From the sequence record OR836606.1: DNA of 64,000 bases; one strand, 5' to 3'. The stretch's first letter is position 1. Each line of letters opens with the position of its first letter. The translations under genes and the position numbers were made by a program. The notes below the pieces were generated by a model, which did not search any database, had not been told where the DNA came from, and saw only the letters and a program-made list of their open reading frames with translations. This document shows, piece by piece, positions 60,001-64,000 of the stretch.

Positions 60001-61234
60001 GGTTTTGGAAGAGATGTATCAAGTTGATGAGCATTCCACATTTGTTTCCATTTATTAAGCCCTTTATTATAAATATATCTAGAATATCCAAATGCTTGAT
60101 TAAATACTTCTTTTTGTTCTTTATTTGGTTTCAATTCGATTTTAATAGATTTGTACATGTGATTTCACCTCCTTCAAATATATAATATATACTTAAAGTT
60201 AGTGATGAATTTTAATTAAATTAAACTCACGAATTCCTGATTTAGTGTTTCCACATCAGTTAAATAGCAAGACTATATCATATTCTATCAGAATGATAGA
60301 ACCCTCGCACTTCAGGAATATTATTTCCCTACTCTACTCACTTCACATAGTATTTCAACTATGCTTATTCAGGCGTTAATCCTGTGCTTTCGATAGTCGT
60401 TGAACGTTCATCCATCATGTGGATGCTTCGCTGCTAGATTTTCCATTAGTCCACCCTTAGCACTTAATTTACATTAAGCTTTTATTTCAGCCTAGGTAAT
60501 CTTAGAGTATTTTTTCTGATTTTCATCTGCTTTCACGCTATCCATTACTGGTATACGTTGTAGCTCTCTAAGCTTTAGGAGTTTACAAGCAATTCACGAG
60601 GTTTGCTCACTTCTTTCATGAATTAAACTAACTTTAATTCACTATGAAGTAAGGGAGTTTTGATTAACTATTTTAAAATAATTTAAGTGAGCAATTCGTG
60701 TTAAATCACTTAAATTATATTAAACTAAAATAGTTTCTTTTCTCCACTATAAGTAGTTGCTGGACCTGAATTAGCATCATAGAATGTACTATTTTTCTGT
60801 ATCATAGCACCGTAATAACTGTTAGCTAAGATCTTAATTGTTTTTTGTTCATTCATATATTTATCATGTAAAACATCATCTTTACCTTTATAAATAAACA
60901 TATTGTGCTTAGCTACTTTACGAGAATCTATAAAGTCTTTTAACATTTCCGCATTTAAATTTTTTCTTTGTGATTGAGGCTGATAAATAGAACCAGAACC
61001 AGTTACAATTAAATTATTATTAATAATTTGTCTTAAGGTTGTATCTACATTCATTTTTTGTCCTGATATTTCTATTAAAGCTGGATCTAAATGTTTTTTA
61101 ATATATTCTCTACAGGCATTAATTAGTTTCTCATCATCAATATCAGGTTTTCTTATTTTAATTAATTTAATTAAATTTTCTAAATAACCCGTTATAGCCC
61201 TTTTACGTTCATATTTATTATCTTGATTAGACAT
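57051..61234 (-). CDS. Split family-B DNA polymerase, C-part (motifs B and C), spliced from 4 exons, 644 aa
   Basis: Exons 61234-60742, 58830-58316, 58161-57936 and 57751-57051 total 1935 nt and are in frame. KILANSYYG, TYSG-V|DIVTT, IDTDS|NFVHL, MKNE-F|LLDK..KKTYA. Confidence 0.88.
57752..57935 (-). ncRNA. In15: mini group I intron, 184 nt
   Basis: P1 GAGU/GCUC; P2 UGUAUA-GCGA-UAUACA; core motifs. Confidence 0.9.
58162..58315 (-). ncRNA. In16: mini group I intron, 154 nt, directly after DTDS
   Basis: P1 UGACAGU/GCUGUCA; core motifs. Confidence 0.92.
58831..59050 (-). ncRNA. Putative omegaRNA scaffold of In17 TnpB
   Basis: Structured region overlapping the tnpB 3' end (CTCTT/AAGAG stem; AACTA pairing with TGAAG-TAGTT), continuing to the 3' splice site. 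Confidence 0.55.
59010..60158 (-). CDS. tnpB: TnpB RNA-guided endonuclease (intron-encoded)
   Basis: KIELKPNKEQ HTH; RuvC VGIDLG, ITIEDL, DRDYNAA; Zn finger CSNC..CDC; GGAGGTG RBS. Confidence 0.93.
   Translation of the reverse strand: MYKSIKIELKPNKEQKEVFNQAFGYSRYIYNKGLNKWKQMWNAHQLDTSLPKPTHRKVRDELKKCKEDWEKDQISQVMDTATEDLGKAFNMMWKGYGKYPRFKSKKHSKLSTRFYKKNNYSLQIKGDKNNKLKLQGINSLIKMKESIPFNYNSIQEVTISKYAGKYFASIVMKVDNNKSLIHNNSHVGIDLGVKDLAIINDDFGKFKKYHSLNDKLIPLYNKIKYYQKRLSRKVYGSNKYNVLKTKIQKIWMRINNIKKDYLHKITTNLIKNYQYITIEDLKVSNMIKNRNLSKSISAMNWRQFRTLLKQKAESNGNTIIVADRWFPSTQLCSNCGQVLTKENKMKLSDRWYKCDCGNKMDRDYNAAVNLKMYGKRFVGQAN
60182..60197 (-). promoter_or_regulatory. Early-type promoter-like motif inside In17, upstream of tnpB
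   Basis: Minus strand TAAGTATATATTATA versus the recurring TAAATATATATTATAA. Confidence 0.5.
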
Positions 61235-61361
61235 AAATACATTCTCATCTCCTTATAAAATCATACTTATATAAGATAAGTTACTATAGTTTAATAATTT
61301 TTTCATATTTCTTAAATAAAACATATTTCTTATAATCATTATAATGAATAATAAAAAATAA

Positions 61362-61664
61362 TTGAAAGGAAGATCTTCCGTTATGAAAAATAATATTACT
61401 CCACTAGAAGAGCAAATTATGCAAGCAACTGATGAAGCTCTTTTACGTGAACAAAATATCATGCGTTTAGATGAACGTACTAAACGTAAGCGTAGATTAA
61501 ATCAATTAGCCTTAGTTGCTGCTAAAGAAGCTCAAGATCCAATCTACTTTAAATATCAAAAAGCTGCTCGTGCTCGTAAAAAATGGCGTGATATAATTCG
61601 TCAAAAATATGCCACTAAAGCCAAATTAAAATTAGCAGAATTAGATAATGTGAATAAAAAATAA
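61362..61664 (+). CDS. Small basic protein, possibly virion-associated
   Basis: Acidic N-terminus followed by a K/R-rich helical region. Confidence 0.6.
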   Translation: MKGRSSVMKNNITPLEEQIMQATDEALLREQNIMRLDERTKRKRRLNQLALVAAKEAQDPIYFKYQKAARARKKWRDIIRQKYATKAKLKLAELDNVNKK

Positions 61665-61673
61665 TTAAAATTT

Positions 61674-61708
61674 ATCCCAATACCTATTAATGCAATAGGT
61701 ATTGGGAT
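61674..61708. terminator. Bidirectional hairpin of the CCCAATAC family
   Basis: ATCCCAATACCTATT / AATAGGTATTGGGAT between convergent genes. Confidence 0.8.
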
Positions 61709-61712
61709 TATA

Positions 61713-62372
61713 TTATTTAAAATTTTCATTTATTTTATATTTTTTAACTTCACTTTCAGAAAGTTCTTCAATTATACTATTCCTTCTGGTATTAAATACA
61801 ATTTCAATATCTTCTAAATAAAATATATTACTATCTTCTATCTTCCCATTTTTAAATAAAGATAGATTAAATGAATATATTTTCCATCCTAAAATAAATT
61901 TAATTTTGTTTAGAATAGAGCAAACTACATTTTCAAAATTATCTTTATCTGTATGGATTATAACATCGTTATCCGAATATTCTATATGAAATTCTTCATT
62001 TAAGTCTATTAAAGATATTTTAGTTGCATGTAAATCATAATATACACCTAAATCTAATTTCAATTCAATATCAGAACGATACTTAGTGAATAATATAGAA
62101 ATAAAATTATTATTATCAATATCACTTGAAAATACTAATGACACATCATTTTTATTTAAATTATTCGAAATAAAATCTTGGATTAAAATTTTAAAATATA
62201 AGAAAAAGCTGATTTTATCATTTAATTTAAACACATTATTTTTTCTTAAGTTTACATCTTTAGAAAAATTGAAGTTCAAATAATTAATTTTTAATCTATA
62301 ATAAAAAGAATCATCGTTGAATCTCAATAAATTTGTATAGTGATTTATTAATTCATCTCTAAATTTTTCCAT
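61713..62372 (-). CDS. Distant paralog family member
   Basis: C-terminal IEELSESEVKKYKINENFK. Confidence 0.7.
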   Translation of the reverse strand: MEKFRDELINHYTNLLRFNDDSFYYRLKINYLNFNFSKDVNLRKNNVFKLNDKISFFLYFKILIQDFISNNLNKNDVSLVFSSDIDNNNFISILFTKYRSDIELKLDLGVYYDLHATKISLIDLNEEFHIEYSDNDVIIHTDKDNFENVVCSILNKIKFILGWKIYSFNLSLFKNGKIEDSNIFYLEDIEIVFNTRRNSIIEELSESEVKKYKINENFK

Positions 62373-62394
62373 TCAAAATTTCCTTTCTCACTGT

Positions 62395-63108
62395 TTATTC
62401 TAATTCTAATCTTTCGTATCCTAAATAACCTTTAGCTTCTTGTATATTATTGTACTTATTAATTACATTAACTAAACTATGTCTTAATCTATGATAAATA
62501 GGTCCTTTAAGACCATCTATTTCATAATCAATGAACATGATCCATTTATTTAATAATTGATCATCAATTTCAATTATTAAATTACTATTCATCAAATATT
62601 CAAATAATGATGTTAAATGAGGATTAGACATTAAACCTTTTAATCTATCCAATGGAACATCTTCTCTAAAATTAGTATATAAAAAATAAGCTAAGTCTTT
62701 GCTATCAGTTTCTTTTATATTAGATTTAATATTTTTTAATCTAGTAATAAATAAATTTTCATTACTGATAGTTTTATCAATTGGATCAATCATTTTAAAT
62801 AATCTAGAGATAGAAGCTTTTCTTATTAAATTAGTTAGAAATTCATCTGGTTTTTTATTTATAAATAAACCATTTGATTCGAAATTATCTATAACAAAAT
62901 CTATAAATCTATTATATTTATCTAATTCTTTTTTAGTAAATAGAGTAGTATCTAAGTTGTTATTAATATAACAACTTAAAATATTACTTTCTATTAATAA
63001 TTGAAATGAAACCATATTAAGCGCAGAAGGATCATCTAAATTAATACTCATGATATGGTCTATTCTAATATCATTTCTATTTTTTAATTTTTCTTCTTTA
63101 ACTAGCAT
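62395..63108 (-). CDS. Hypothetical protein
   Basis: 237-aa ORF with RBS. Confidence 0.7.
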   Translation of the reverse strand: MLVKEEKLKNRNDIRIDHIMSINLDDPSALNMVSFQLLIESNILSCYINNNLDTTLFTKKELDKYNRFIDFVIDNFESNGLFINKKPDEFLTNLIRKASISRLFKMIDPIDKTISNENLFITRLKNIKSNIKETDSKDLAYFLYTNFREDVPLDRLKGLMSNPHLTSLFEYLMNSNLIIEIDDQLLNKWIMFIDYEIDGLKGPIYHRLRHSLVNVINKYNNIQEAKGYLGYERLELE

Positions 63109-63122
63109 AAGCGGATTCTCCT

Positions 63123-64000
63123 TTAAATAAATGTCTTTTTAATTGTTTCATTCATAATTAATCTCTTTAATTTTCCTTTAGACATTTTAACAAGTGTAGA
63201 TGTTTTACTGTATTTCTCATTTGAAATATTAAATGTATTGTCTTTCATATTCATGTATTCTTTAACAAATTGTCTTTTCTGATTTTCCGTAAAATTATTT
63301 TCAATTAATTTTAATATCTCTTTAACTGCAATATCAGTATATTTATTAGCTGATTTAAAAGATAATAAGAATGATACCTCTTTATAAATATTATCTATTA
63401 ATGTAAAGAAACCAATTTTTGAAAAATATTTAACTTTATCTTCATTCTCAGCTTCCTGTATTTTATCGGTAAAATAATTATAATTTATTCCATTATTATA
63501 TCCTAAGAATTCATGTCCATATAAATTATCTATACCTAATACAAATCTTTCATATAAATAATATTTATTAAATTCATCATATTTAAGACTATTTATTTTA
63601 GACTCCATTAATAAATCTGCGTACTCTAGATCTTCTTTACTATTAATATGATTATTAAATAATTTATAAAAATTGTTTATAATTTTTAATTTAAGCACAT
63701 TATCTTTATGTGAAATATCCAAATCTATTAAACTAGATAATAGTTTCATAAATTTCTTTTTATCACCATTAAACGATAATTTAGTATCTAATAATTCTTT
63801 ATTTAAATTAAAAAATTTATTATTACTTATTTCATCCATATCATTAATGAATTCATCTATATATTCTTCTTTTAATAATCCAAATGAAAAATTTTCATAA
63901 GAAGATTTAAAACTATAAAGGAATTTAATGTTTTTAATATCATTATCTTTACAAAATTTATTTATATAAAATATTAAAGGTAATTGAGATATATTTAAAA
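63123..64000 (-). CDS. Hypothetical protein, 5' end beyond the right window edge
   Basis: The frame of track ORF 63123-63839 stays open to the window end (53 more codons). Confidence 0.7.
   Translation of the reverse strand, partial: LNISQLPLIFYINKFCKDNDIKNIKFLYSFKSSYENFSFGLLKEEYIDEFINDMDEISNNKFFNLNKELLDTKLSFNGDKKKFMKLLSSLIDLDISHKDNVLKLKIINNFYKLFNNHINSKEDLEYADLLMESKINSLKYDEFNKYYLYERFVLGIDNLYGHEFLGYNNGINYNYFTDKIQEAENEDKVKYFSKIGFFTLIDNIYKEVSFLLSFKSANKYTDIAVKEILKLIENNFTENQKRQFVKEYMNMKDNTFNISNEKYSKTSTLVKMSKGKLKRLIMNETIKKTFI

Larger units (their letters stand above)
58831..60741 (-). mobile_element. In17: full-size group I intron carrying tnpB; IStron-like, no tnpA
   Basis: Ribozyme core at about 60270-60600 is homologous to In13; tnpB lies in the P9 region; 3' end ...UAUAGCAG; junction GGA G|TT GAT restores the polymerase. 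Confidence 0.83.

Noticed and set aside
6874-61234. RNAP and polymerase fragments as pseudogenes, frameshifts or a recoded genetic code
   Set aside because: The gaps contain conserved intron cores whose precise removal restores the frames, and all other long genes read normally in the standard code
1-64000. Reverse transcriptase/retron or an intron-encoded classical homing endonuclease (LAGLIDADG, GIY-YIG, HNH)
   Set aside because: No YxDD RT motif set and no such ORF inside any intron in this window; one could exist elsewhere in the genome

Overview
AT-rich segment of a Staphylococcus jumbo myophage of the AR9/PBS1-like group. Supporting evidence: staphylococcal SH3b endolysins, multisubunit RNA polymerase subunits, a split family-B DNA polymerase, portal, SbcC-like ATPase and UvsW-like helicase. 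The main result is that the fragmented RNAP and DNA polymerase ORFs are not pseudogenes. Five genes are interrupted by 17 group I introns (In1-In17, numbered left to right), whose junctions I reconstructed by hand so that all five reading frames and their catalytic motifs are restored. Fourteen introns are ORF-less and only 140-188 nt long. They produce micro-exons of 9, 14, 16 and 24 nt, and the RNAP active-site motif DFDGD is split over three exons. Two introns carry catalytically intact TnpB genes without TnpA, with the putative omegaRNA ending at the 3' splice site. This is an IStron-like layout that suggests RNA-guided intron homing. Two larger sister introns appear to splice after GGAG rather than after U. 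The window also holds an unexplained structured non-coding region (about 3.96-4.5 kb), two free-standing Zn-finger/PD-(D/E)XK endonucleases, and an 8-member paralog family with conserved termini. All structure and splice calls come from manual inspection; no searches or folding programs were run.
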